This document shows positions 46,432-56,370 of a stretch of DNA of 64,000 nt, piece after piece. The notes beneath the pieces were generated by a model that saw only the letters and a list, made by a program, of their open reading frames with translations, did not search any database and was not told the origin of the DNA. Positions within the stretch are counted from its first letter, which is position 1; each line of letters begins with the position of its first letter. Source of the DNA: a virus. The position numbers and the translations under genes are program-made. The stretch is from IMG/VR virus record IMGVR_UViG_3300025000_001646, positions 1 through 64,000 of that record; one strand, given 5' to 3'.

Positions 46432-46974
46432 ATGAAATACAATTTTACTATTAAATTTACATCTCAATACTTACAGGCTAGATTTTCAGATGAAGCAAAG
46501 GAAGGTTTATTGGAAAATGCTAGAAAAACAGTTATTAAAGACGTAAAAGATGAAGATGAGATGTGGTTAAGATTTTCTTATTTTGACAAAAATGGTTATT
46601 ATATACCTGGAGAACAAATATATATGGCTTTAGTTTATTCTGGAAAAGATTTTAAAATGAAATCAAGCAGATGCAATATTTCAAATTATATTAAAGCAAA
46701 TCTTATTGTTAGCGAATTTAATTATTTAGGAAAGAAAAAACCAGATGAATTAATTGTTTCCTATGTAAAAAGAAAGGATGGTAGTAGAGTAAAGGTTATT
46801 CACCCATCTTTTAAACAAGGAACAGAATGTGATTTTGAAATTGATTTTATTGATGATTATCCAGAAAAAGAACTTAAACTACTTATAGAAAATGCAGGAA
46901 AAAGATGTGGAATAGGAGCAAGAAGACCAAGATTTGGAAGATTTGAAGTTACAAGTTTTAAAAAAGCAAAATAA
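46432..46974 (+). CDS. Stand-alone Cas7/RAMP-like protein
   Basis: N-terminal beta strand, YYIPGEQI (cf. RAMP iPgssik), C-terminal Gly loop CGIGARRPRFGRFEV; 180 aa; no other cas genes in the window. Confidence 0.7.
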   Translation: MKYNFTIKFTSQYLQARFSDEAKEGLLENARKTVIKDVKDEDEMWLRFSYFDKNGYYIPGEQIYMALVYSGKDFKMKSSRCNISNYIKANLIVSEFNYLGKKKPDELIVSYVKRKDGSRVKVIHPSFKQGTECDFEIDFIDDYPEKELKLLIENAGKRCGIGARRPRFGRFEVTSFKKAK

Positions 46975-46975
46975 A

Positions 46976-47153
46976 TTGGTTTACATTTGATTAAATTAGA
47001 TTAAATTCCCTTAAATTAAATTTAGTTGAATTTACACTAGCTAGATTATGTCTAGCTAGATGTGAGTTTGACTCACTAATTTATTGGATTAAATTTAATT
47101 ATATTTCGTTAGATTGATTTTGATTATTTTATATTAAATTAAATTAAATTTGT
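46976..47153 (+). repeat. 5-nt periodic arrays 2 (12 units, 46976-47035) and 3 (14 units, 47084-47153) separated by two hairpins
   Basis: ttggt ttaca tttga ttaaa ttaga ttaaa ttccc ttaaa ttaaa tttag ttgaa tttac; hairpins CTAGCTAGA/TCTAGCTAG and GTGAGT/ACTCAC; ttgga ttaaa tttaa ttata tttcg ttaga ttgat tttga ttatt ttata ttaaa ttaaa ttaaa tttgt. Confidence 0.85.
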
Positions 47154-47206
47154 ATTTTTTTATAAAAAAGGTATATAATATTAATAGACAATAACTTTTA
47201 AAAAAT

Positions 47207-47398
47207 ATGAAAATCAAAGTAAAGAATAAATTTCGTTCTTGATATATACCTATTCACGCTTGACAGACTTTTGATAATGTTAGAGAAAATAAATGAAAAT
47301 ATTTTATTAATACAAAATATTATGATTCAAATTATAAAGATTATAAAGAAAAAACAATTACCTATCTAAAAGAGGAAATTATAATATTAGAGGATTAG
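47207..47398 (+). CDS. Small hypothetical protein with three TGA=Gly codons inside the early region
   Basis: MKIKVKNKFRS(TGA)YIPIHA(TGA)QTFDNVRENK(TGA)KYF...; candidate promoter TTGTAT-18 bp-TATAAT at 47150-47179. Confidence 0.55.
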
Positions 47399-47457
47399 GT
47401 TTCAGACTTGGAAAGCCCAAATTTACATATATTATAAATTTTAACTTTCACTATTTT

Positions 47458-47688
47458 ATGAAAGGACTAAAAGAGGAAATTTTACAACTTAAGAAGGAGA
47501 AAAATTCATTGTTGAAAGACAACAAGAATTTGACTAAGATTAATGATGGACTTCTTGAAGAAAACGAAAAATTAGCTAATATTGGAGCAGACTTGTATAA
47601 GAAGTATAAGAAGGTTTGCTCACAGATAGCAACTATGTTAAACGAAAAAAGATGGGGTAAAAAAGTTGCTGTAAAAAAGAAGAAATAA
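47458..47688 (+). CDS. Coiled-coil hypothetical protein
   Basis: ORF track. Confidence 0.6.
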   Translation: MKGLKEEILQLKKEKNSLLKDNKNLTKINDGLLEENEKLANIGADLYKKYKKVCSQIATMLNEKRWGKKVAVKKKK

Positions 47689-47725
47689 AATTATTAGACT
47701 GGTTTAAACGAACCAGTCTATTTAT

Positions 47726-47791
47726 GTCGCCTACTCGAGCGTATTATTTAATTAATAATATGAGTCTGGAAAAACCAGACGGGCGACTCCA
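47726..47791 (+). ncRNA. tRNA-like element lacking a normal D arm
   Basis: Acceptor GTCGCCT/GGGCGAC + T-CCA; 5-bp/7-nt arm GTCTG-GAAAAAC-CAGAC; central AT-rich hairpin. Confidence 0.45.
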
Positions 47792-47792
47792 A

Positions 47793-47859
47793 CGAGAAGT
47801 AGTTTAAGGAAAACATTAGCTACAAGCTAATAATCTAGGGTCGATACCTAGCTTCTCGA
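47793..47859 (+). tRNA. Degenerate tRNA-like gene, apparent anticodon ACA
   Basis: CGAGAAG/CTTCTCG acceptor, GTTT/AAAC D stem, ATTAG-CTACAAG-CTAAT anticodon arm, CTAGG-GTCGATA-CCTAG T arm. Confidence 0.55.
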
Positions 47860-47885
47860 AAAAATCTTAATTAAAGGAGTTTAAC

Positions 47886-48692
47886 ATGAAGGAAAACAAG
47901 AAATTAGAATTAGTAAAGCAATTTTCTGAAAAAGAATTGGCTACTATTATTCAAAAACAAACTCAGAGAATAGAATCAGTTTACCAGCCAAAAGCTACTA
48001 AGAAGAAATTTAAGGTTGCTATTGTGTCTGATACACATCTAGGATCAAAAGTTTGTAAACTTGAATATCTCAATGATGCTTATGACATAATTGAGAAAGA
48101 ACATATTAAGACGGTGTTACACGGAGGAGATAATTTTGACGGAAATGGATTTGTGTATAAGGGGCATATCTATGAATTGTCTATCATAGGTTTTGACAAT
48201 CAGTTAAAATTTGGAGTAGAAAATTACCCAAAAAGAAAAGGTGTTAAAACTTATATGATTGCAGGAAACCATTGCTGTAGCTGGAAAGACGCAGATATTG
48301 TTCAAGCCTTTGCAAAAGAAAGAAGCGATATTGTTTATTTAGGTCAGTATTTGGCAGATGTAGTATTGAATGGTGTTAAATTTAGATTAATTCATCCCAT
48401 CAAATCTTCGGCATATGCTTTGACATATTTTTGCCAGAAGGAACTCGAAGCTATACCAAGTGGAGAAAAACCACAAGTATATATTCGAGCGCATAGTCAC
48501 ACTGCCTATTCTTTCTTCTACAGAAACATCTATGCTTTCGGAGCAGGTTCATTTCAAGGAGCTACAGATCTTACTAATAGACTTGGTATTAATGTAGTCA
48601 ATGGTTTCTGGATATTAGATATTGAAGTCAATGATGATGAATTGAACTCAATCAAGACTTTATCTTCTAAATTTATCCCGTATTACAATTAA
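47886..48692 (+). CDS. Calcineurin-like metallophosphoesterase
   Basis: SDTHLGS, HGGDNFDG, AGNH, AHSH. Confidence 0.85.
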   Translation: MKENKKLELVKQFSEKELATIIQKQTQRIESVYQPKATKKKFKVAIVSDTHLGSKVCKLEYLNDAYDIIEKEHIKTVLHGGDNFDGNGFVYKGHIYELSIIGFDNQLKFGVENYPKRKGVKTYMIAGNHCCSWKDADIVQAFAKERSDIVYLGQYLADVVLNGVKFRLIHPIKSSAYALTYFCQKELEAIPSGEKPQVYIRAHSHTAYSFFYRNIYAFGAGSFQGATDLTNRLGINVVNGFWILDIEVNDDELNSIKTLSSKFIPYYN

Positions 48693-48701
48693 GGAGGTAA
48701 T

Positions 48702-49973
48702 ATGAAATTAATTATCGAATGTTCATGTTGTGGAAAAGAAGTTACAATTAATGTGCAAGGCAGTGAGAGCATGAGAGAGATGACAGAGAAAGCCATATTT
48801 TGTCACTGTAAAATTAGAAAAATTAAGGAGGCAAGGAAATAAAATTATTTTAAAAAATGAATAAAAACTAGAATAATAATTCTAGCAATTGTAATCAAGG
48901 AGGAAAAAAATGAAAAAAATTTTATTATTGATTGTATTGTTTTTAACAATTAGCTGTTTAAGTACTTCCGTTGTTAATATTACAATGGATGGGAAAATGG
49001 TATATTTTTCTTCAAATAAGCCAGAATGGATTAACAAAGAAGGAATTATAAAAGAAACAAAAGATTTTAAACTTATTTGTTATAAAGATTCTGGTGATAC
49101 TGTTGAAGAAGCAATTCTTAAAATACAGGAAAGAATAAAAGAAAAAGGTTATATTTACAATGTTATTGTTTTATATAACAAAAAATATACTGTTTATATG
49201 TTATTTATTGAATTAAAAGGGAGGTTAATATGAAAAAGGTTTATGTTTGTTCTCCTTATCGAAGTAATATTGAACTTAATACAAAAAGAGCTAAACAATA
49301 TGGAAGAGCTATAATATTTGAAGGAAAAATACCAGTAATACCACATTTACTTTATACACAATTTTTAGATGATGAAAAAGACATTGAAAGAATAATTGGA
49401 CTTAATATAGCTATTCATCTTATGCTTGAATGTGATGAGATTTATGTTTTTTCTGAAAATAATTACATTTCTGATGGAATGAAAGAAGAAATAAAAGTAT
49501 GGTTTAAGGAGAAAAATATAAAACCAATTACAATTCTTCCATATAACTGGGGGGAAAAATATGGATAAATAAAATTAAAATTATTTTATGGAGGTGATGA
49601 TATGGATTCAAAAATAGATTATAATTCTTTTTTTAGCACTTATATCAGAATGCAAGCAGAGCTTTACAACCATATTAAATTTTTCGATGGTAATACTCTT
49701 ATAACAAGACATTTGGCAATAACTGGAATGTTTGCAGAAGTTTACTCTTGGTTAGCAGAAACTGGAATAGGTCAAGCTTGCTATATTATTATAGAACTTG
49801 CCAAAGATAAAGAATTTGTAAAAATGATTGACGAAGAAAAATGGAAAATTTCGGAAAAAGAAAACCACGATATTTACCCCAACGAAATGGATAAACTTTC
49901 TAAGCCAATAAAAGAATATGTAAAAATAAAATATAAAAAATATTTCAAAGATAAAAAATCTATTGAAATATAA
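48702..49973 (+). other. Genes with Shine-Dalgarno sites: small Cys protein, putative lipoprotein (48910-49233), DUF4406/DUF7768-like protein (49230-49568), hypothetical (49602-49973)
   Basis: GGAGG upstream of each; LTISC lipobox-like motif; KKVYVCSPYR...PHLLYTQFLDD...ECDEIYV. Confidence 0.7.
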
Positions 49974-49976
49974 TTA

Positions 49977-50006
49977 AAGGTCAATCTATCAAGATTGGCT
50001 TTTTTT
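49977..50006 (+). terminator. Intrinsic terminator
   Basis: AAGGTCAATCT-atca-AGATTGGCTT followed by T run. Confidence 0.65.
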
Positions 50007-50129
50007 ATACACAAAAACCCCCAAATGGAGGTTCCTGTGCTATTTTATGAAAAACACTAAAAAATTATAATCTATATAAAATTAAAAGTAAAATTTTATA
50101 AAAAAATAACAAGAAAATAACAAAAAAAC

Positions 50130-50158
50130 TTGATTTTTATAAAAAAAAAGAGTATAAT
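50130..50158 (+). promoter_or_regulatory. Strong early promoter P6
   Basis: TTGATT-17 bp-TATAAT. Confidence 0.8.
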
Positions 50159-50189
50159 TAAAATATATTATTTAATTTAAACTATTTTT

Positions 50190-50801
50190 ATGGAAAACAA
50201 TTATTATGAGAATCTATCAAAAGTAGATGTCTCTGGATTGCTTGAAAAGAAAAGCAATCTTTCTTATCTTTCTTGGGCCCATGCAATAGATCAAGTTCTT
50301 AAGAGGTATCCAGACATGATTTATGAGATTATTAAGTATGACGGAAAACCATATTATATGGATGAGACAGGAGCAATGGTTTATACTAAAGTTACTATCG
50401 AAGGAGTAACTAGAGAAATGTGGCTTCCTGTTATGGACGGAGCTAATAAGACAATGAAAAAAGAAGCCTATACATATAAGACTAAATTTGGTGATAAACA
50501 AGTAGAGGCAATCTCAATGTTTGACGTAAATAAGACAATAATGAGATGTTTAGTTAAAAACTTAGCAATGTTTGGTCTAGGAATAAGTGTTTATGCTGGG
50601 GAAGATTTACCACTTATAGACGAGACAGAAAAAACCATTGAAGAAAAAGCAATAAATACTTTTGGAAAACCATTTGATATAATGGTACAAGAACAAAATA
50701 AAGAATTACACGGAAAATGCCCAAAATGTGGGGCTTCTATGATTAAGAGTAAAACAACAGGAAACGTATTTTGTCAAGATAGGTGTTGGTCGAAAAAATA
50801 A
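50190..50801 (+). CDS. Sak3/DUF1071 single-strand annealing protein with C-terminal zinc finger
   Basis: LSYLSWA...EMWLPVMD...NKTIMRCLVKNLAMFGLGISVYAGEDLP. Confidence 0.9.
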   Translation: MENNYYENLSKVDVSGLLEKKSNLSYLSWAHAIDQVLKRYPDMIYEIIKYDGKPYYMDETGAMVYTKVTIEGVTREMWLPVMDGANKTMKKEAYTYKTKFGDKQVEAISMFDVNKTIMRCLVKNLAMFGLGISVYAGEDLPLIDETEKTIEEKAINTFGKPFDIMVQEQNKELHGKCPKCGASMIKSKTTGNVFCQDRCWSKK

Positions 50802-50812
50802 TCTTACTTTTT

Positions 50813-51361
50813 ATGAATAAAATTTCTCGTGATTTTTATGTCAAAAGGGGAGAAAGAGAAATGCTTTATCAGTTTACTACCAACTCAGACATTTTTAATT
50901 GTAAAAAACCAATCTATAAAATGTTAAAAGAAATATTTATAAAAGGTATTCCAGAAGAAGTAATAGGATATCAATCTATAAGTGAAGGAGAATTATTGAA
51001 TATTAACAAGGAAAGAGAAGAGAAAGGATTTATTTGTCTAGCTGACAATTATGAAAATAGAGGTAATAAACAACACGAATTTGTGCAGAATAACTTTATA
51101 GAACAAGACGACTACTTATTAGGAATAGAAGTGCCAGTATGGTCTCATAAACTTAAAATTTTTGGACATATAGACATTTTAAGATTAGTAGATAATAAAA
51201 TACAGATACTTGATTTCAAGCCTAAAGCACACCAAGAAAAAAAAGCTCCTAGTCAAGTATTCAGATATGGAGTTTGCATTGCTGAAATGATTGGTTGTAG
51301 TATTAAAGATTTAGAAATGTATTATTTTGATGATAAAAACTGTTTTAAAATTTTACTTTAA
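50813..51361 (+). CDS. PD-(D/E)XK nuclease
   Basis: EVPVW...GHIDIL...ILDFKP...QVFRY; probable ATG at 50813. Confidence 0.8.
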   Translation: MNKISRDFYVKRGEREMLYQFTTNSDIFNCKKPIYKMLKEIFIKGIPEEVIGYQSISEGELLNINKEREEKGFICLADNYENRGNKQHEFVQNNFIEQDDYLLGIEVPVWSHKLKIFGHIDILRLVDNKIQILDFKPKAHQEKKAPSQVFRYGVCIAEMIGCSIKDLEMYYFDDKNCFKILL

Positions 51362-51369
51362 CTTATTTT

Positions 51370-51726
51370 ATGAATAATCTTGAAGAATTAATTGATTTAT
51401 GTGGATAGAATTTCAAGATGAATTTATTAATATAAGTAAGTTTTCTTGTATATTTAAAAAAGAAAAAACTTAATGAATTTTTCGATGAATTTATTATTTA
51501 CCATTATTGGAACAGAAAATTAGAAGAAAAATTAGAAAAAAAACAAAAAATGACTAAAGAAGAAATACAAAAAATGAAAGACCCTATTTTATTTGGAATG
51601 ATTAAAGAATCTAATAGACTTTATTTTATAGATGATTGGGAAGATGAATATTGTGATTTAACTTTTGATGAAATAATAGATGTAATTGGAGAAAATAAAC
51701 TTACTAAAAATATTAACCTTAATTAA
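51370..51726 (+). pseudogene. Frameshifted or truncated remnant of a phage gene
   Basis: ATG 51370 hits TAG after 12 codons; a coherent C-terminus KDPILFGMIKESNRLYFIDDWEDEYCDLTFDE lies in another frame. Confidence 0.45.
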
Positions 51727-51728
51727 TT

Positions 51729-52774
51729 ATGGAACATATTAAACCATTTTATACTGGAATGACTAAAGATGGGGCTATAACTTGTTTAAGAAACAAGTTA
51801 TATATAATGCAGCTTAATAATGGAAATAGTTTTGAAAATTATGATTTATTTAAAGTTTCTACTCAAGTTGCTATTGATATTGTTACTAAATATATTCCTT
51901 ATGAAGAAAATTGTGATAAAACAGAAAAATTAAAAAATGGTAATGGAGGAAATGGTGCGTATAATATGAAAGAAGAAATAGAAAATCTAAAAAAAGAAAT
52001 TAAAGAAATAAAAAGAATGAAATTATTAGAACTTGAAGCACAAATAGAAGCTAAAAAAAATTGGGGAGAACATACAGAGGAATACTGGAAAAAATTTAAC
52101 AATTAACATTATTTTATTTTATGTTAGAACAGATTAACACTACTAATCTTGAGTTACAAATTAAAGATACTCAAGAAAAATCAAACAATATATTGATAAC
52201 TAATGAAGAACAATTATTACAAGCTACTGACTTTTTAGGCAATGTAAAAAAACTCTATAAGAATGCAGAGGAGGAAAGAAAAGAAATTACAAAACCTCTC
52301 AACGATTCTTTAAAGGCTATTAATAAAAAATACAAAATAATTACAGAACCATTATTGGCTCTTGAAAGTAAGCTAAAAACACTTATTACAGCTTATTTAA
52401 AGAATAAAGATGAGCAAGACAGAAAAATAGTTGAAGAAGAAAGAAAATTACTGGAAGCAAAAAGGATAGAACTTGAAGAACAAGAAAAAAACGCTAACAA
52501 AGAAGAGCTAGCACTCATAGAAACGCAAAAAAACAGCCTAGAACAGCAGGAAATACTAAATATGGTAGATAATAAGCTAAACAATCAAATACGTACAGAA
52601 AACACTTTAATTAGCAAAAAGAAGGTATGGAAATTCGATGTTGTAGATATTTATAAAATTCCAAATAAATATTTGATTTTAGATGAAAAAAAAGTTGCAG
52701 AAGATATTAGAAATGGTATAATAGAGATTGAAGGATTAAAGATATATCAAGAAGAAATAATAGCAGTTAGATAG
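51729..52774 (+). other. Two hypothetical genes (51729-52106; 52121-52774, coiled-coil, recombination-module type)
   Basis: ERKEITKPL...WKFDVVD...IEGLKIYQE. Confidence 0.65.
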
Positions 52775-52943
52775 TTATAAAAACTTCTGTATCTCACTAA
52801 TATAAAAATAAATATTTTTAAAAAATAAATATATCAATATTTTAGATGATTTACGGAGGTGAATAAAAAAGAAAAAGCAGGTATCCAATATAATCAATTA
52901 TAGATTGCTTATTGGTATTAATCCTGCTTTTTTTTTATAAAAA

Positions 52944-53129
52944 TTATTTCTCTGTCAAAATTTTATAAAAGTTTCTCAAAACACTTAACAGAGAAGTCCA
53001 AGCCACAACTTGAATAATTTCTGGAGTAAGTCAGTTCTCTATATTAGCAACAGCCAATAAACCTGCAATGAAACAAGTTATATAAGTTTTTGCAAACGAA
53101 TAGAGATGTTGTAGAATTTTTTCTTTCAT
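52944..53129 (-). CDS. Putative holin (two TM); one TGA=Gly
   Basis: MKEKILQHLYSFAKTYITCFIAGLLAVANIEN(TGA)LTPEIIQVVAWTSLLSVLRNFYKILTEK; downstream of the M23 gene. Confidence 0.65.
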
Positions 53130-53133
53130 AGAA

Positions 53134-53238
53134 TTAAAAAAGGTTTAAAATAGAATTATATAAAAATGATACTATTCCAAAAATTTCTAATATACATAGA
53201 ATCATATATATTAATATGAAATATAAAAATACTTTCAT
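53134..53238 (-). CDS. 34-aa hydrophobic peptide in the lysis cassette
   Basis: TAATG overlap with the M23 stop; MKVFLYFILIYMILCILEIFGIVSFLYNSILNLF. Confidence 0.45.
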   Translation of the reverse strand: MKVFLYFILIYMILCILEIFGIVSFLYNSILNLF

Positions 53239-53729
53239 TAGTATTTAGAGATTTTATGTTGTAGAATCCATCATTTTCAAAAGCAATCGACAAATCATCC
53301 ATAGCCATTATATACATTTATAACATTTCATTTTTCATCTTTATATCTTAATCACCAATGTAGATGTGGTTTTCATTTAGCACAACCACTGTCTCAAGTC
53401 TTGGCTATTAATTGTCATTGAGTAACTTTTGAATTATGAGTAATTAAAATTTCCGATAAATGAGCTAAAACTGTTTGTCTTCTCTTGGCTCAAAATTCTT
53501 CTGTTATATAAATATATTTACCATATCCGTCTATTTCATAGCCAGTGGTTAATATTCAATCAAATGAAGCAAATACTTCTGTTCATATAGGAGTTTTTAG
53601 GTCTACTCAATTGTGTCAAGAAAGTCACCATTTTGCATAAAAAGGTGTTTTTGTTTTTTGGTCAATCCAAGTATTGCCGAAAGGATTGTATTTTGAATCA
53701 AAACCTTCTTTAACTGGTGCAATAATCAT
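53238..53729 (-). CDS. M23 family peptidase (endolysin); 14 TGA=Gly codons in 163 aa
   Basis: HN(TGA)VDL (HxxxD), GYGKYI, LAHLS, KT(TGA)DSG, PHLHW (HxH). Confidence 0.9.
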
Positions 53730-53798
53730 ATAAAAATAAAGTTAAGTCTATATATATTATACTCTTTTTAAGAATATACAACAAGATTGAAAAAAACC

Positions 53799-53827
53799 TT
53801 GAAATAATAATTTAAAAGTTGTAGAAT
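53799..53827 (+). promoter_or_regulatory. sigma70-like promoter, probably leaderless, of the phosphonate operon
   Basis: TTGAAA-17 bp-TAGAAT, followed by ATAATTA and ATG 53835. Confidence 0.6.
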
Positions 53828-53834
53828 ATAATTA

Positions 53835-54866
53835 ATGAAAATTATAAATAAGTCATACAGACCAAAGGTTTTATTCCATTATTCAAATGAGTTTCACTAT
53901 TGCTGATTTGACGATTTAATGATTGAGTTAAGAAAAGATTTTGAGGTTACTAGTTTTTTTGATAGAAGAGTAAACGAAAATGAATATATTTGAATATTAA
54001 GATGTGTAAATCCAGATATTATAATTGATGTAGAATGGGACAGGAGAACAATGGAAAGTGAATTTAAAGACAAAATAAGAATACAATTGCCACATTGACT
54101 AGTATCTAAACATTATATGTATTGAGTGATTTGGAATAATTTTAGATATAATAAAACAATCACTTCTTGACCAGAAATTACTAAACAATTTATTGAAAGA
54201 GGATTGATTCCAAAAGAAAATTTGCTTGAATTAGGTTACCCGAAAATTGACAGACTACATAATGGATTTTATGACAAAGAAAAAATAAAAGAAAATTTAT
54301 GAATAAAAAATAATCTTAAAACTATTCTATACGCTCCTACATTCAAAGAATTTTCTTCTTTCAATTATTTTATTGAAGAAGATGAGGAGTATTTTTATAA
54401 AAGAATAAATTATTTAGCGAATAATTACAACATTATAATTAAGTTACACGCTTGAACACCAAACGAAAAATTTAAGCCGTATTTATTTGGAGAAAATGTT
54501 TACTTAATTTTTGATTATGATATTAGACCTTACCAATACTTAGCTGATATATGTATTTCTGATTTGTCTTCCGTAATATTTGAGTTTGCTTCACAAAACA
54601 AGCCAGTAATACTCCTTAGACCTTATGAAGATAACATTATAGACAAAAATTGAATAGAATGGACTATGAAAGACATAGGGACTAATTGTAAAAATTTAGA
54701 AGATTTAGAGAAGGCAGTTATGGAATATGATAAAAACCCAGAAAAAGACAGTGAAATCAGAGAAAAGTATAACAAACAAATATTTAAAAACTTATGATTT
54801 TCCAGTAAAATTCTAGCAAATAATATTCTAAAATTATATGAATCTAATAGTGCTTTCAGCTGGTAG
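53835..54866 (+). CDS. CDP-glycerol glycerophosphotransferase (TagF/TagB) family protein; TGA=Gly
   Basis: QLPH(TGA), LGYPKID, ILYAPTF, IKLH, ISDLSSVIFEF...KPVI. Confidence 0.85.
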
Positions 54867-55488
54867 ATGAAGTAGGCTTAGACCACTAACAGACAACAAA
54901 CCAAAGGTACTATTGAAAATAAACTGAAAGACTATATTAGAAATGCTAAAAGAAAATGTTTGAGCCGAAAAAAATGTTGTAGTGACTTGATATCTTTGAG
55001 AAAAAATTGAAGAAAATAAGGTTACAAATGATTTATGGTATGAAAATGGTTCGTCTAGTAGTCTTTATTTGGCTAGAAACTACTTAAAATGAGATACAAT
55101 GATAGTTTATGGCGATATGATTATAGACAAAGAAGACTTTGAAGAAATGAAAAATCAAGATTGTATATTGGTAGATGACAAAGAAAAATGAGATGATTAT
55201 GATGAATATGTAAACAAAGACAGTCTTTGACTTAAATATAGAAGCGAGATTTGAGAATGTGAAAGATTTTTGTGAGCAATACATCTAAAAGAAGAAACTG
55301 CTAAAAAACTTTATAAATATTTTAAACCTTGAATGTTAAATTATAAGATTTGATTAGCCGACTTAATATGAGATTTTTTTGATGCTAACAATATAGACTT
55401 CAAAAAAGTTAAAGCTAAAAATAAATGGTTTGAATTAGACAAAATTCAAGATTATATAAATGCAAAAATATATTTTAATGATTATTAA
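54838..55488 (+). CDS. Cytidylyltransferase (LicC/PntC-like NTP transferase); TGA=Gly
   Basis: LSAGR(TGA)SRLRPLTDNKPKVLL, VYGD, WFELD; phosphonate operon context. Confidence 0.8.
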
Positions 55489-55491
55489 AAA

Positions 55492-56370
55492 ATGAAACTT
55501 CCTAAAATAAATTTTCAAGAAAAACTTAACTTAAAATGACAAGTTATAATCACTACATTTGATACTGGATTAAAAGACAATGAAATTATAATGATTTCAG
55601 AAGAGCCTAGCAAAGAAGAATTAGACAAAATAGTTTTTCAAACAATTACTGACACTATTTATGCTATTGGTGGTGGATCAGCTATTGATTGAGCTAAATA
55701 CCTATGCAATAAAGAAGGTAAAAAATTAATAGCAATACCAACAACTTTTTCTGGATCGGCTTCCTCTAGTCACTTAGTATTGAAAGAAAACTGAAAGAAA
55801 AAAGGTTATTCTGGAAATGAATACATACCAGATGAAGTAATAATCATCAACGATTTGCTTTACACTTTACCAGCTAAAACTTTCTTTTATTCTCTTATAG
55901 ATTGTTTTGCACATTCGCAAGAGGCTGTTAGAAGCAATAAGAATAATTTTATTATAGAATTAATTTCTGAAAATATTATAGGAACTTTTGGTAATGTTTT
56001 ACAAATGAAATTTGAGGACTTTATAAAACTTGATGAAAATAAAATGGAAGAAGAAAAAGCATTATTAGTTAGAGATTTTGGAAAAGTTTTATTAGTTATT
56101 TCTCTTTATGCTAGTTATATATTAAGTGAAGCTGGGACTAATTTACCACATGCAATTTCTTATGCTATTAGCAATTATGGACTTTCACATTGAGAAGCTA
56201 TAGCAATAGTTTATGGACTTAATGACAGAAGAATGAAAGACCTTTGAATAGAATTTGATTTAGAAAAAATGACAGATGAAATTTTATTAGATAGACACCA
56301 TTTAGACAATTTTCCTTGAGAAATTTCTAAGGATTTAATATTTAATACACTTAAAAAACTTTATGAATAG
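55492..56370 (+). CDS. Iron-containing alcohol dehydrogenase, putative phosphonoacetaldehyde reductase; TGA=Gly
   Basis: AIGGGSAID(TGA)AK, AIPTT, DCFAHSQE, GTNLPHAISY, H(TGA)EA. Confidence 0.8.

Noticed and set aside
46356-47153. Canonical CRISPR array
   Set aside because: No 23-47-nt repeats with spacers and no cas1/cas2 or effector operon; the periodicity is 5 nt.
53355-53385. Apparent frameshift in the M23 gene before PHLH
   Set aside because: Recounting gives AAA TGA AAA CCA CAT CTA CAT, which is in frame.
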